DNA of 64,000 bases from Allofournierella sp. (GTDB lineage Bacteria > Bacillota > Clostridia > Oscillospirales > Ruminococcaceae). A program made the position numbers and the translations under genes. Below, one piece after another: positions 9,818-18,760 of the stretch (within the stretch, counting starts at the first letter, position 1; the number at the start of each line of letters is the position of its first letter). The DNA lies in contig JAHHRU010000003.1 in assembly GCA_020025635.1 (NCBI GenBank), forward strand, positions 33,218 through 97,217, in the 5' to 3' direction. Below the pieces are notes generated by a model, which was given only the letters and a program-made list of their open reading frames with translations, was not told the origin of the DNA and did no database searches.

Positions 9818-10743
9818 GCCTCTTCCTCCCATTTTTTCATAAACCGGCAGATGTCCGAAAGCTCCTCTTCCCGGCTGCACAGATAGCCGTCCGCACCGCC
9901 CAAAAGATGGGCATAACGGGTGCGCAGATCGTAATCAAAGGGGGTGCCCCCGGTTTCGTTCACAAAAGGCCGGCCGGTCACCGCCTTGTGCACCTGTGCC
10001 GCACTCACCGGCGGGGTGGCCAGGTTCAAAATGCGCAGATCGTTTTCAAGGGCTGTCCGGATATCCTGCCAGAGCCGGCCCAGATCATAAAACTGATACA
10101 CCGAGCGGCTGTCGGTAAAATTGAGGGCGTTCCAATCGTTTTGGGCAAACCACTGCCGCAGAAGAGCCGGGTCGGTTTTGCCGTTCAGCTTGTAAAAGCC
10201 GTTTCCCCCATCGGAATAGCTCTCCTTCACAAGGGGGCTTTTCCCGCACAGCTGCTCATATTTTTCGGTTTTCAGCATGGCAGGGGTGACGGTGTGCAGA
10301 TCAAACAGAAAGTTCTTTTTTAAGCCCGCACCGTAAAGGGCCGGCAGACGAACGATCAGCGCATCGGGAAAATCCTGCCGCACCCAGTGCTCCAGCAGCA
10401 GGCGGTTTGCGCCGTAGGGGGCAAGGCCCTCCTCATCCGGCTCGTCCGCTTCGCTTTTTCCCCGGCTGTCGGCATAAACCGCAATGGAGGAGATCAGCAC
10501 CAGCTTTTGGGGCTTCATCCTGCGCATATTCTCCTGGGCAGCCTCCATCACGGCAAGGTCTGCCTTCGGGTCCTGGTTCGCAAGGAACATGGCAGCCGGA
10601 ACGCCCGAATAGACCACCAGCCCGTTTTCTCTGGAAAAGGCCTTTTCGATGTTGGAAGAATGATACTGTGCATCAAAGCGGTGGCTTTTTTTCAGGTTCC
10701 CGCCCACAAAGCCGGTGGAGCCCACCAGAACCGTTCGATCCAT
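9814..10743 (-). CDS. NAD-dependent epimerase/dehydratase family (SDR) protein
   Basis: MDRTVLVGSTGFVGGNL Rossmann motif. I prefer the internal ATG at 10743. First gene of the 10.7->4.4 kb operon. Confidence 0.72.
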   Translation of the reverse strand: MDRTVLVGSTGFVGGNLKKSHRFDAQYHSSNIEKAFSRENGLVVYSGVPAAMFLANQDPKADLAVMEAAQENMRRMKPQKLVLISSIAVYADSRGKSEADEPDEEGLAPYGANRLLLEHWVRQDFPDALIVRLPALYGAGLKKNFLFDLHTVTPAMLKTEKYEQLCGKSPLVKESYSDGGNGFYKLNGKTDPALLRQWFAQNDWNALNFTDSRSVYQFYDLGRLWQDIRTALENDLRILNLATPPVSAAQVHKAVTGRPFVNETGGTPFDYDLRTRYAHLLGGADGYLCSREEELSDICRFMKKWEEEA

Positions 10744-10877
10744 GGATTTTCCCTCCTGTTTTCTGCAAAAAGTCATAACAATTCAATTTACATTATACAC
10801 AAATCCCGACCCACCCACAAGGAAAACCACAAAAAAAGCCGAAACACACGCGGGATGCGTGCCCTTCGGCTCAAAGT

Positions 10878-11591
10878 TTATTCGAAATAATGTTCCGGGT
10901 CTTTGGGTGCGCCGCCTTCCAGCACCTCCAGGTGCAGATGCGGGCCGTCGGCCACCTCGGCCATTGCCTCACCAAGCTTTGCAAGAGGGCTGCCGGCCTT
11001 TACTTCATCGCCCACCTTTACCGAAACAGAAGCTGGGTCAAGGCCGGCATACCGCCAAACCCGCTCGCCTGCTTCCACTTCCACCACCTGGCCCCACATG
11101 CCGTCCTCATAAAGGTTGCACACCTTGCCGGCTGCTGCGCTTCGCACGGTCTCTCCCGGTTTGGCGGCAAGGTCCACACCGTTGTGGGTCCGCCAGTCGC
11201 CCAGGGTCTTGTTATATACCAGGTCTTCTCCGCTGAAGCTGTTTGTGATCTCGCCTTCTACCGGCCGCACAAAGGAAGGCTCGGCCAAAGCGGCAGATTC
11301 TTGCGGCACGGTATCCGCCGGCTGCTGTTCGGATAATCCACCCTGCGAAGACGGCCGCTGTGAGGGCGCGGCCGAGGGCTTGGGCACGTCGTTCACTTTT
11401 TCTTCCACCTGCATATGCGGCATCTGCCATGGGGTACCTCCCTTTTGTTCAACGGACGGTTTTTCCGTCTCCTGCATACTGCTGATCACATTGTGCACCG
11501 CCCACACGCTGGACCCCACCGCCGCAAGCACACAGGCCGCAATGGCCAGGTAAAAGCCTTTGTCTTTAAAAAATGAAATCATCCTGTTCAT
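10878..11591 (-). CDS. membrane-anchored M23 (LytM) family metallopeptidase
   Basis: 237 aa. N-terminal TM, low-complexity linker, HNGVD (HxxxD) and HLHLEV (HxH) zinc-ligand motifs. Confidence 0.85.
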   Translation of the reverse strand: MNRMISFFKDKGFYLAIAACVLAAVGSSVWAVHNVISSMQETEKPSVEQKGGTPWQMPHMQVEEKVNDVPKPSAAPSQRPSSQGGLSEQQPADTVPQESAALAEPSFVRPVEGEITNSFSGEDLVYNKTLGDWRTHNGVDLAAKPGETVRSAAAGKVCNLYEDGMWGQVVEVEAGERVWRYAGLDPASVSVKVGDEVKAGSPLAKLGEAMAEVADGPHLHLEVLEGGAPKDPEHYFE

Positions 11592-11800
11592 GCTACCGCT
11601 CCTTTATCTTGGTTGCTGCCCGGCCGGGCCTTACAAACCAGCCCAATTCCCGAACGGCTTCTTTTGCCTTAGTTTGCCGTGTTTTGAGGCCGTTTATACA
11701 TCCAGCTTGTAATTGATCCAGAGCCATAGTAAAATAAAGAAAAGCAGCAGGGCCTTCATGGGCCCTCTTATTCATTTCAGAAATAAAAAGGAGCAGTACG

Positions 11801-12721
11801 ATGAATTTGCATCGCTATCTGGACATTGCCACCGAAGTGCGCTCTGCCGTTGAATCAGGCAAACCGGTGGTTGCTTTGGAAAGCACCATCCTTTCCCAGT
11901 GCATCCCATACCCGCAAAACCTGGCCTTTTCGGCCGAGGTGGAGCAGATCGTGCGTTCCATGGGCGCGGTGCCCGCCACCATTGCCATTATTGACGGCCG
12001 CATGAAGATCGGCCTTTCCGCCGGCGAGCGGGAGCTGATCTGCAAGGGCGGGAAGGTGCGTTCGGTGAGCCGGCGTGACCTGCCCATCATTTTGGCCGAG
12101 GGCGGCACCGGCTCCACCTCGGTGGCCTCCACCATGATTCTTGCAAGCCTTGCAGGCATCCGGGTCTTCTCTTCGGTCGGTCTTGGCGGCGTTCACCGGG
12201 GCGCTGACCGCACCCTGGATATCAGCGCCGACCTGCAGGAGCTGGCCCACACCCCGATGGTTGTTGTCTGTGCCGGTGCCCGGACCTTTTTGGACATCGG
12301 CGCAACGCTGGAATACCTGGAAACCATGGGGGTCCCGGTGCTGGGCTACAAAACCGAAAAATTTCCCGCATTTTACTGCCGCAACAGCGGCCGTGGTGTG
12401 GACCGCTGCGTGGAAAGCGCTGCCGAGGCCGCCCGCATTGCTCGCATCAAATGGGATCTTGGCCTTCAGGGCGGCGTTCTGATCGGCAACCCGGTCCCGG
12501 AGCAGTATGCCCTGGACCCGGAGGAAACCCAGAATGCGGTAGACACCGCGCTTGCCAATGCCAGCAAAAACGGCATTCACGGGGCAGACCTTACCCCCTA
12601 CCTTCTGGCGCAGCTGGACGAACTGACCGAGCACCGCAGCATGACTGCCAACATTCAGCTTGCTTACAACAATGCCCGGGTCGCATCGGCCCTGGCCATT
12701 GAACTGAGCCGGCGCGCATAA
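11801..12721 (+). CDS. psuG: pseudouridine-5'-phosphate glycosidase
   Basis: 306 aa. VVALESTILSQ..., GGTGSTSVASTM and GLGGVHRG blocks are characteristic of PsuG/IndA. Confidence 0.9.
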   Translation: MNLHRYLDIATEVRSAVESGKPVVALESTILSQCIPYPQNLAFSAEVEQIVRSMGAVPATIAIIDGRMKIGLSAGERELICKGGKVRSVSRRDLPIILAEGGTGSTSVASTMILASLAGIRVFSSVGLGGVHRGADRTLDISADLQELAHTPMVVVCAGARTFLDIGATLEYLETMGVPVLGYKTEKFPAFYCRNSGRGVDRCVESAAEAARIARIKWDLGLQGGVLIGNPVPEQYALDPEETQNAVDTALANASKNGIHGADLTPYLLAQLDELTEHRSMTANIQLAYNNARVASALAIELSRRA

Positions 12722-12732
12722 TTCTGTTAAAG

Positions 12733-12773
12733 AAAGGCCCTCCTGCACCAAACCGGTACCGGAGGACCTTTTT
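12733..12773 (+). terminator. hairpin plus T-run between convergent psuG and the exporter gene
   Basis: AAAGGCCCTCC-17 nt loop-GGAGGACCTTT (one mismatch) followed by TTTTT. Confidence 0.55.
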
Positions 12774-12779
12774 CAGCTT

Positions 12780-13256
12780 TTATCGGTCAGATTTTTTGGA
12801 AATATGGGCCGGCTTTTTCAGCGGGACCGACATAACCAGGGCAATGCCCATGGCCAGAGCCACCGCAATTTTCAGGGTCTCGGTTCCCTTGGTGGAAAAA
12901 CCCGCACTGTCGCCGGTGATGAAACTGTAAGCGGTATAATAGATGCCCGCACCGGGCACCAGGGGAAAGATGCCCGGAATCAGGAAAATCGTGACCGGAG
13001 CCTTTCGAATGACTGCGGCAATGCGGGTGACCAGCGCCAGCGGGATCACTGCCACAAGGCTTGCCACGACCGCACTGCTCTGATACTGCATCATGCCCCA
13101 GTACACCAGCCACCCCAGCATCCCGGTGACGCCGCAGCACCACAGATGCCTGCGCGGAACGTGAAAAAGCAAAGCAAAGCACACCGTACTCACAAAGCTT
13201 GCCGCCAGGTTCACAATCAGTTCTGTCACAGGGGCATCACCCCCGCCGAGATCCAT
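12780..13256 (-). CDS. threonine/serine exporter family protein, small subunit (ThrE_2/YjjB-like)
   Basis: Four to five hydrophobic helices. Pairs with the upstream ThrE-type gene. An alternative GTG at 13229 would give a GTGA overlap with the upstream stop. Confidence 0.75.
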   Translation of the reverse strand: MDLGGGDAPVTELIVNLAASFVSTVCFALLFHVPRRHLWCCGVTGMLGWLVYWGMMQYQSSAVVASLVAVIPLALVTRIAAVIRKAPVTIFLIPGIFPLVPGAGIYYTAYSFITGDSAGFSTKGTETLKIAVALAMGIALVMSVPLKKPAHISKKSDR

Positions 13257-14002
13257 GCAGCCAAAAGCAGCACAAGGCCCGCTCCGCAGGCAATACAGGC
13301 CGCCGTGAGCAAAGCATCCAGCATACGGATCACCCCGGAAAGGAAATCGCCGTCAATCAGGTCCCGGATGCCCAGTGTGAGCGCCATGCCCGGCACAAGC
13401 GGCATCAAAGCACCGATGATGGCTTTGTCTGTATTGATCCCCATGCCGGTTCGAAACAGAACAAGGGTCATGCCCACCACAAAAATGGCACCCCAGAACC
13501 GGGTCAGCAGCCGGGCAACGCCCCATTCGCTCATTTTCAAAAGCAGGATCTGCAAAAGAAAGCCCACAAACAGGGCGATCACGCCATCCTGCCAGACACC
13601 GCCGAAAAGGATGGAAAATGCAGCACTGCCCACACCGCAGCACAAGATCTGCTGAGAGGCCGGCACATACGGGATATTTTTGATTTTTTCCAGCTCCTGA
13701 AAGGCACTGTCCAGGTTCACGGCCCCGCCGGCAATGCGGCGGGAAAGATCGTTCACCGCCTCCACCCGGCCCAGATGAACGGTGCTTTGAGGAACGCTTC
13801 GGATCTGTGCAGGGCATTCCTCATCGCTCCCCACGCTGGTGAAAAGGCCGTTGGTGAGCACATAGCCGTGAAAGCCGTCCACCCCAAAGCTTTTGGCCAT
13901 GATCTCCATGGTCTGCTGGGTGCGGCTCACCTCGGCCCCGTTCTGCAGCATGGTTTCCCCCGCAGCTGTCACAAAATCCAGCACCTTTTTCCGGTCGTTC
14001 AT
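13226..14002 (-). CDS. threonine/serine exporter family protein (ThrE/YjjP-like)
   Basis: 258 aa. N-terminal soluble segment LQNGAEVSRTQQTMEI, followed by TM helices. Confidence 0.8.
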   Translation of the reverse strand: MNDRKKVLDFVTAAGETMLQNGAEVSRTQQTMEIMAKSFGVDGFHGYVLTNGLFTSVGSDEECPAQIRSVPQSTVHLGRVEAVNDLSRRIAGGAVNLDSAFQELEKIKNIPYVPASQQILCCGVGSAAFSILFGGVWQDGVIALFVGFLLQILLLKMSEWGVARLLTRFWGAIFVVGMTLVLFRTGMGINTDKAIIGALMPLVPGMALTLGIRDLIDGDFLSGVIRMLDALLTAACIACGAGLVLLLAAWISAGVMPL

Positions 14003-14018
14003 GGATCATTCTCCCCTT

Positions 14019-14825
14019 TTACTTCCGGATCGCATCCCGAACCTGTGCAAAGGCAGGGAGATTGGCGTAAAGGTGTGCACCGATCACTTCCATCAGCTTG
14101 AAATCCTCTTCACTGTCGATATCCAAAATGCCGGTATCCATCATCTGGCTCACATGGATCTTTGCATCCCAGATGATGCCGGTGGTGTTTTCCCGCAAAA
14201 AGTCCCGCTTGTAAACATAGATGCTGGCGTTCACATCGTAAAAAACAGGGGCCATCTGGCGGGCGGTGCACACTGCCTCGCCCTCCTTCTGCTCAATGCC
14301 CTTTTCGATGTGATCGCCGCAGTCACGCACCATGTTGAAATAGGGGTTGCGGCGGGATTCGGTCACACTGAACACCAGGTCCAGATCCTGGCGGGAGGCT
14401 TTCAGGTCATACGCATTGCGGATGTCCTGCGCGGTGCGCAGGGGGCTTGTGATATCCAGATCCATCACATAATCGTACTGCCCGCCCTTTTTTTCTTCCA
14501 TACGGCGCAGGCTGTCCTGGATGACCGCCATCTTGGGGGCACGGTCGCCGCTCAGCTCTTCATTGCGGGGCAGGAACACCACTTCCGGGTATTTTTCGGC
14601 CACCAGCTTTGCAAGATCCTGGCTGTCGGTGTTCAGGCAGATATCCATCTGCACATCCGGCTTTTCCTTCGCAAACAGCTCGGCCGCCGCCAGGCTGTAA
14701 TAGACCAGCGGCTTTTCGCAGAACACCTTCAGATTTTTGTTTTTAAAACCCTTGCTGCCTGCACGGCCGCAAATGGTAACCAGCAGTTTTTCCACAGTCA
14801 GACACTCCTCTTTTGCTTCAAACAC
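14019..14825 (-). CDS. neuA: acylneuraminate (nonulosonate) cytidylyltransferase, NeuA/LegF family
   Basis: 268 aa. CGRAGSKGFKNKNLKVFCEKPLVYYS resembles the RxGSKgxxxKN motif of CMP-NeuAc synthetases. Last gene of the NulO operon. Confidence 0.85.
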   Translation of the reverse strand: MFEAKEECLTVEKLLVTICGRAGSKGFKNKNLKVFCEKPLVYYSLAAAELFAKEKPDVQMDICLNTDSQDLAKLVAEKYPEVVFLPRNEELSGDRAPKMAVIQDSLRRMEEKKGGQYDYVMDLDITSPLRTAQDIRNAYDLKASRQDLDLVFSVTESRRNPYFNMVRDCGDHIEKGIEQKEGEAVCTARQMAPVFYDVNASIYVYKRDFLRENTTGIIWDAKIHVSQMMDTGILDIDSEEDFKLMEVIGAHLYANLPAFAQVRDAIRK

Positions 14826-14826
14826 A

Positions 14827-15753
14827 TTATTCGCCCAGGGTCAGGCGCAGAACGTCCAGCGCCATGGCCGGGCTGTTCACGCTCTCACCGGTGCCGCTTT
14901 GAACATAGTCCAGAAAATATTCCATCTCCCGGATGTACCGCTCATTCACCGGCTCTTCGTAATGCTCCACCGTTCCATCCTCCAGTGTCAGGGTGCCCGC
15001 ACCGAAATCGGCGGTCACTGTGCCGTTTTTGCAGAACAGCTCGATGCTGCGCCGGTACTGGCGGCCGAAATAGTCCAGGTGGATCTCAGCCAGCATGGAG
15101 GGATACCGGGCAATGTAAACCGAAAGGTCATCGGAATCGATTTCCAAATCGGAGTAAGTCCCCTTGAAGTTATAGCATTCCAGCGGGGTCCCGAACAGGT
15201 CCACCATGTAATCCCACTCGTGGATCAGGTCGATGGTAACGCCGCCACCCATTTCCTTGTGGGCAGAATACACCTTGCGGTAATCCACACCCGGCCGCCA
15301 TTCCGGCAGATAGGAAGAGCAGATGACCCTTGCCGAATAGGGTTTGAGCTTTGGCATTTTATCCTTCAGCGCAAGGAAGGTGCCGCACCAGCGCATGGGT
15401 GCTGCCACATAAGCCTTTTGATATTCCCCAAGGCCCAGGGCTTCCAGATCATATCCGGTCGCCTCAAAGATGGGCTTTTCGATAAAGAAACAGTCCACCC
15501 GCCCCGAAAGCTCTGCCATGGTATGTGCGTGCAGATGGGTGGGGTTTGTGATGAAGGCGGCATCATAATGGCCCAGCTGATCAAAGGTGGTATACTGATT
15601 TCGCAGAAGCCGGGCAGTCTCCTGCGGCAGAGGGCGCAGGCTGGAACGCAGCGCATCGGCATGCAGCTCCATGCCCCGCTTCTCTGCAATTTCATGCAGG
15701 TTTTTGAGGTGTCGTGTGCCAATGGATCCAATGCCGACAAACAATACTTCCAT
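14827..15753 (-). CDS. Gfo/Idh/MocA family oxidoreductase
   Basis: 308 aa. N-terminal VLFVGIGSIGTRH Rossmann motif. Paralogous to 16554..17531 (shared YLPEWRPG / YLPDWHPW block). Confidence 0.8.
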   Translation of the reverse strand: MEVLFVGIGSIGTRHLKNLHEIAEKRGMELHADALRSSLRPLPQETARLLRNQYTTFDQLGHYDAAFITNPTHLHAHTMAELSGRVDCFFIEKPIFEATGYDLEALGLGEYQKAYVAAPMRWCGTFLALKDKMPKLKPYSARVICSSYLPEWRPGVDYRKVYSAHKEMGGGVTIDLIHEWDYMVDLFGTPLECYNFKGTYSDLEIDSDDLSVYIARYPSMLAEIHLDYFGRQYRRSIELFCKNGTVTADFGAGTLTLEDGTVEHYEEPVNERYIREMEYFLDYVQSGTGESVNSPAMALDVLRLTLGE

Positions 15754-15759
15754 GGAAAC

Positions 15760-16548
15760 TCAATCCTCCTCTGGGCCGTACGCATACCGGCCCTCGTCTT
15801 CATCCTCTTCCGGGTCCTGGGGCGGCGCCACAGAAGGCCGGCCGGGGGTCACAATAAAGCCGGTGAAGTCCGGCAGCTCCCGCAGGTCCGCTTCCAGGCA
15901 GCCGGCGCCGCTGGCGAGCTTCTCCTGCATTTCGTCGGTATAAACCGGCACCACCACATACAAAAGCACCTTTTTGCTCACCTTGATGGGCACCGGGTGC
16001 ACGGTTTTGGGGCCGTTTTTTTCAGCGGGCAGATACAGCACCGCACCGCTGAATTCGGTGTTGGGGGCAAGCGGCCGGGCCGGGTCTCCGTTGGGGATGG
16101 AATGGCCGCTGCCCAGCCAGGTGTGCTGCTTTTGCGGCATGCAGGCAAGATGATACAGCATCCGCAGCGGCCAGCAGGTTTCCGGGTCCGGGTCCTGCTG
16201 AGCCGGTTTTGCCAAAAGGCCTGCCATGGGCCAGCTTGCGGGCAGATACATCATCAGTTCCGCCGTGCGCAGATAGGCATACTGCCGGTTGTGGGCCATG
16301 TTGTCCAGTTCCATCAGATTGGCGCTCATGCCCACCGTATAAGCCACATAGTAGGGCTCCTGCTCGGTGGGTGCCATCAGGCGGATGCGCATGCCGTCCT
16401 TATCCGTCCATTCAATGGTGGTCCGGCCGGGAAAATTCTCTTCAAAATGGGTGATGATATTTTCCGCATAAGGGGTGTTGTAAAGGGGGCCCTCATGGGC
16501 CGGTTCTTCCGGCTCAGGGCCGCCGAACAGTCTGCTCAGAAACGACAT
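15760..16548 (-). CDS. suppressor-of-fused (SUFU)-like domain protein with acidic C-terminal tail
   Basis: 262 aa, no TM or signal peptide. The pattern ...YYVAYTVGMS...AELMMYLPASWP...WPLRML...GHSIPNG matches my recollection of bacterial SUFU-domain (PF05076-like) proteins. The coding call is solid; the family call is from memory. Confidence 0.55.
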   Translation of the reverse strand: MSFLSRLFGGPEPEEPAHEGPLYNTPYAENIITHFEENFPGRTTIEWTDKDGMRIRLMAPTEQEPYYVAYTVGMSANLMELDNMAHNRQYAYLRTAELMMYLPASWPMAGLLAKPAQQDPDPETCWPLRMLYHLACMPQKQHTWLGSGHSIPNGDPARPLAPNTEFSGAVLYLPAEKNGPKTVHPVPIKVSKKVLLYVVVPVYTDEMQEKLASGAGCLEADLRELPDFTGFIVTPGRPSVAPPQDPEEDEDEGRYAYGPEED

Positions 16549-16553
16549 TTGGG

Positions 16554-17531
16554 TCAGGCCTCCTCGATGCGCTGGATCAGCGCGATGGTTTCCCGGTCCT
16601 TTTCAAAACTGTAACGGGCCTCTTCCTTTCCGGCCAGAACGCCGAAGAAGTTCTGCAGCTCGTCCACATAGGCATTCTCCACGATATTGTCCGAATACCG
16701 GGGATCATGCTCAAAGCTTGCATAGGTATTCACCGGCTGCTTTTCGCCGGTTTCATGATCAAATTTGTACAGTGCGCGGGGGTTGCCCTCCCAGAAAAGA
16801 TGCAGGCCCTCGCCGAAGCATTCAAAATTGCGCACGGCCTTGGGGCTCACCACGTCCACGGCCAGCAGGCCCTTGGTGCCGTTTTTGTGGCGCAGGGTCA
16901 CAAAATAGCTGTCCGGGTAGTCGATTTCCAGCTGGCTGATCTTATCCTTTTCCACATGGACCTTTTCCACCGGGCCGAAGGTGTCCAGCAGCCAGGGCAG
17001 ATCCACACCGAAAATTTCCCGCACGCCGCCGGTGCGCTTGTCCCCCACAAAGAAATTCTTATAGCTTTCCCAGGGGTGCCAGTCGGGCAGGTACTGGCCG
17101 ATGTGATAGATGTAGTTGACCGGTTTTGCAAAGGCATCCACCTGCCCCTTGATATACTGGGTCTCACCCCGGTACAGCATGGTGGAGGAAAGGAAGAGCA
17201 CAAGGCCCTTTTCCTTTGCCTTGCGGATGTTTTCGGTGTAGCCGTCATCCACCAGGTTGAGCTCAGTGAACACCGAAAGCCCTGCATCCAAAAGCTGTGA
17301 GATGATGCCGGAATGGGTGATGGGTGCCGTGCACACCAGTGCCCCGTCAAAGCTTTCGGCCTTTACAGCCTGTTCGATGCTTTCAAAGGCACGGATGCCC
17401 AGCTTTTCCACTTCCTGCCGGCGCTCGGCGCTGGTATCCACACCGCACACTACCGCTTCAGGGTCAATGCCCCGGATGAGCCGTGCCCGGCGCTTGCCCA
17501 TGCTTCCAAGACCCACGATCAACAGTTTCAT
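16554..17531 (-). CDS. Gfo/Idh/MocA family oxidoreductase
   Basis: True start is the ATG at 17531 (MKLLIVGLGSMGKRRA). The 465-aa track ORF extends upstream into neuC and that extension is Arg/Gly/Pro-rich junk. Confidence 0.8.
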   Translation of the reverse strand: MKLLIVGLGSMGKRRARLIRGIDPEAVVCGVDTSAERRQEVEKLGIRAFESIEQAVKAESFDGALVCTAPITHSGIISQLLDAGLSVFTELNLVDDGYTENIRKAKEKGLVLFLSSTMLYRGETQYIKGQVDAFAKPVNYIYHIGQYLPDWHPWESYKNFFVGDKRTGGVREIFGVDLPWLLDTFGPVEKVHVEKDKISQLEIDYPDSYFVTLRHKNGTKGLLAVDVVSPKAVRNFECFGEGLHLFWEGNPRALYKFDHETGEKQPVNTYASFEHDPRYSDNIVENAYVDELQNFFGVLAGKEEARYSFEKDRETIALIQRIEEA

Positions 17532-17560
17532 TTCAATACACCTCGTATTTTTCAAAAGCT

Positions 17561-18760
17561 TTATTCCCCGTCGTAAAACTCTTTTGGGCTTCCGAACCCG
17601 GTACAGAAAAGCTTTTCTTCCAAAATATCCACAATGCGGCGGCTGGTTTCCCCGCCGTTGTAAGGGCTCACCGTGCGGCGGGCCTGCAAAACAAACTCCG
17701 GCTCCAGCGCCTTTTCCAGCGCAGCCTGGATCTGTGCTTTGTCCGCCGGGCAGCCGATCACGTTCTGGCAGAGGATGCGCCCCTTCTGCCGGTCGCCGAT
17801 GTTCACGGTGGGAACGCCCATGGTCGGGGTTTCCACAACCCCGGAAGAGGAGTTGCCAGCCACCAAAGCCGCAAGGCTCATGGCCGAAAGATAGCGCACC
17901 ACACCAAGGCTGGTGTATGCTGCCGCCGTGTCCCGGTTTGCCCCGGCCCATTCGTCGATCATTCTGTTCAGATCCAGGCCGCCGGCATCCGCATTGGATT
18001 TGGTGATAAGCCAGCGAAGCCCCGTTTTTTCGGTCACAGCGCTCATGGCTTTCAGCAGTGCTTCCATCTGGGCTTTGGGGTCTTTCCCGCCGGCAGTTTC
18101 CGGGTGGAAGGTCACAAGGCCGAAGGGCCGGGTCAAATCAAAACCCAGGCTTTCGGAAAGCTCTTGGGCATTCATTTTGGGCATGGTGCGCAGGTTTTCG
18201 TCCCCAAGGCCGCCCACATTGAACACCGTCTTCGGCGCTTCGCCCATGCGGATGACCCGCCGGGCATATTCCTCACAGCTGGGGAAATGCAGATGGGCGA
18301 TTTTGGTGATGCAGTGGCGGTACCAATCGTCCGCGGCACCCAGTGTCACATCGCCGCCGCTGATGTGCACCACCGGCACCCCGGCATAGGCGGCCGCCTG
18401 CGCCGCGGCAAAAATTTCATAGCGGTCGCCCAAAACCAGGGCCGCATCCGGCTTTGCCTGCAAAAACCAGCGGGTGAATTCCCGGATGGTATAGGCTACC
18501 GTATCGGCGGTGGCTTCTCTGCCCTGGCCGAATTTCAGGATGGGGATGCGGGCCGCAATGGGCATGCCGTCCCTTTCGATCTCCGAAACGGTGTTTCCGT
18601 AGGCCTCTTCCAGATGGGCGCCGGTCACGATCAGTGCGGGGGTGATTTTTTCCGATCGCAGCAGCTTTTCAAGCACCGGGCGCAGCAGGCCGTATTCGGC
18701 CCGGGTGCCGGTGACAACTGCCAGTGTCTTTTTTTCCATAAAAGCTGCCCCGCTCATCAC
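17561..18760 (-). CDS. neuC: UDP/GDP-N-acetylglucosamine-type 2-epimerase (hydrolysing), NeuC/LegG family
   Basis: 399 aa. LAVVTGTRAEYGLLRPV..., GDRYE and HISGGDVT motifs. ATGA overlap with the upstream neuB. Confidence 0.9.
   Translation of the reverse strand: MMSGAAFMEKKTLAVVTGTRAEYGLLRPVLEKLLRSEKITPALIVTGAHLEEAYGNTVSEIERDGMPIAARIPILKFGQGREATADTVAYTIREFTRWFLQAKPDAALVLGDRYEIFAAAQAAAYAGVPVVHISGGDVTLGAADDWYRHCITKIAHLHFPSCEEYARRVIRMGEAPKTVFNVGGLGDENLRTMPKMNAQELSESLGFDLTRPFGLVTFHPETAGGKDPKAQMEALLKAMSAVTEKTGLRWLITKSNADAGGLDLNRMIDEWAGANRDTAAAYTSLGVVRYLSAMSLAALVAGNSSSGVVETPTMGVPTVNIGDRQKGRILCQNVIGCPADKAQIQAALEKALEPEFVLQARRTVSPYNGGETSRRIVDILEEKLFCTGFGSPKEFYDGE

Noticed and set aside
10878-11591. 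Membrane-anchored M23 protein as a SpoIIQ-like sporulation factor
   Set aside because: The architecture fits (TM plus LytM), but there are no other sporulation genes nearby and the zinc ligands are intact. A generic M23 peptidase is the safer call.
11593-11775. 60-aa ORF in the M23-peptidase/psuG intergenic region
   Set aside because: It has no RBS and a basic low-complexity product, and it lies in a divergent promoter region. It is most likely non-coding.
11801-12721. psuG without an adjacent pseudouridine kinase (psuK) as an oddity
   Set aside because: The partner can be encoded elsewhere. A single-gene observation in a 64-kb window is not informative.
17532-17951. N-terminal 140-aa extension of the 465-aa ORF (16554..17951)
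   Set aside because: The extension overlaps the 3' end of neuC and is Arg/Gly/Pro-rich. The Rossmann motif MKLLIVGLGSMG begins at the ATG at 17531.
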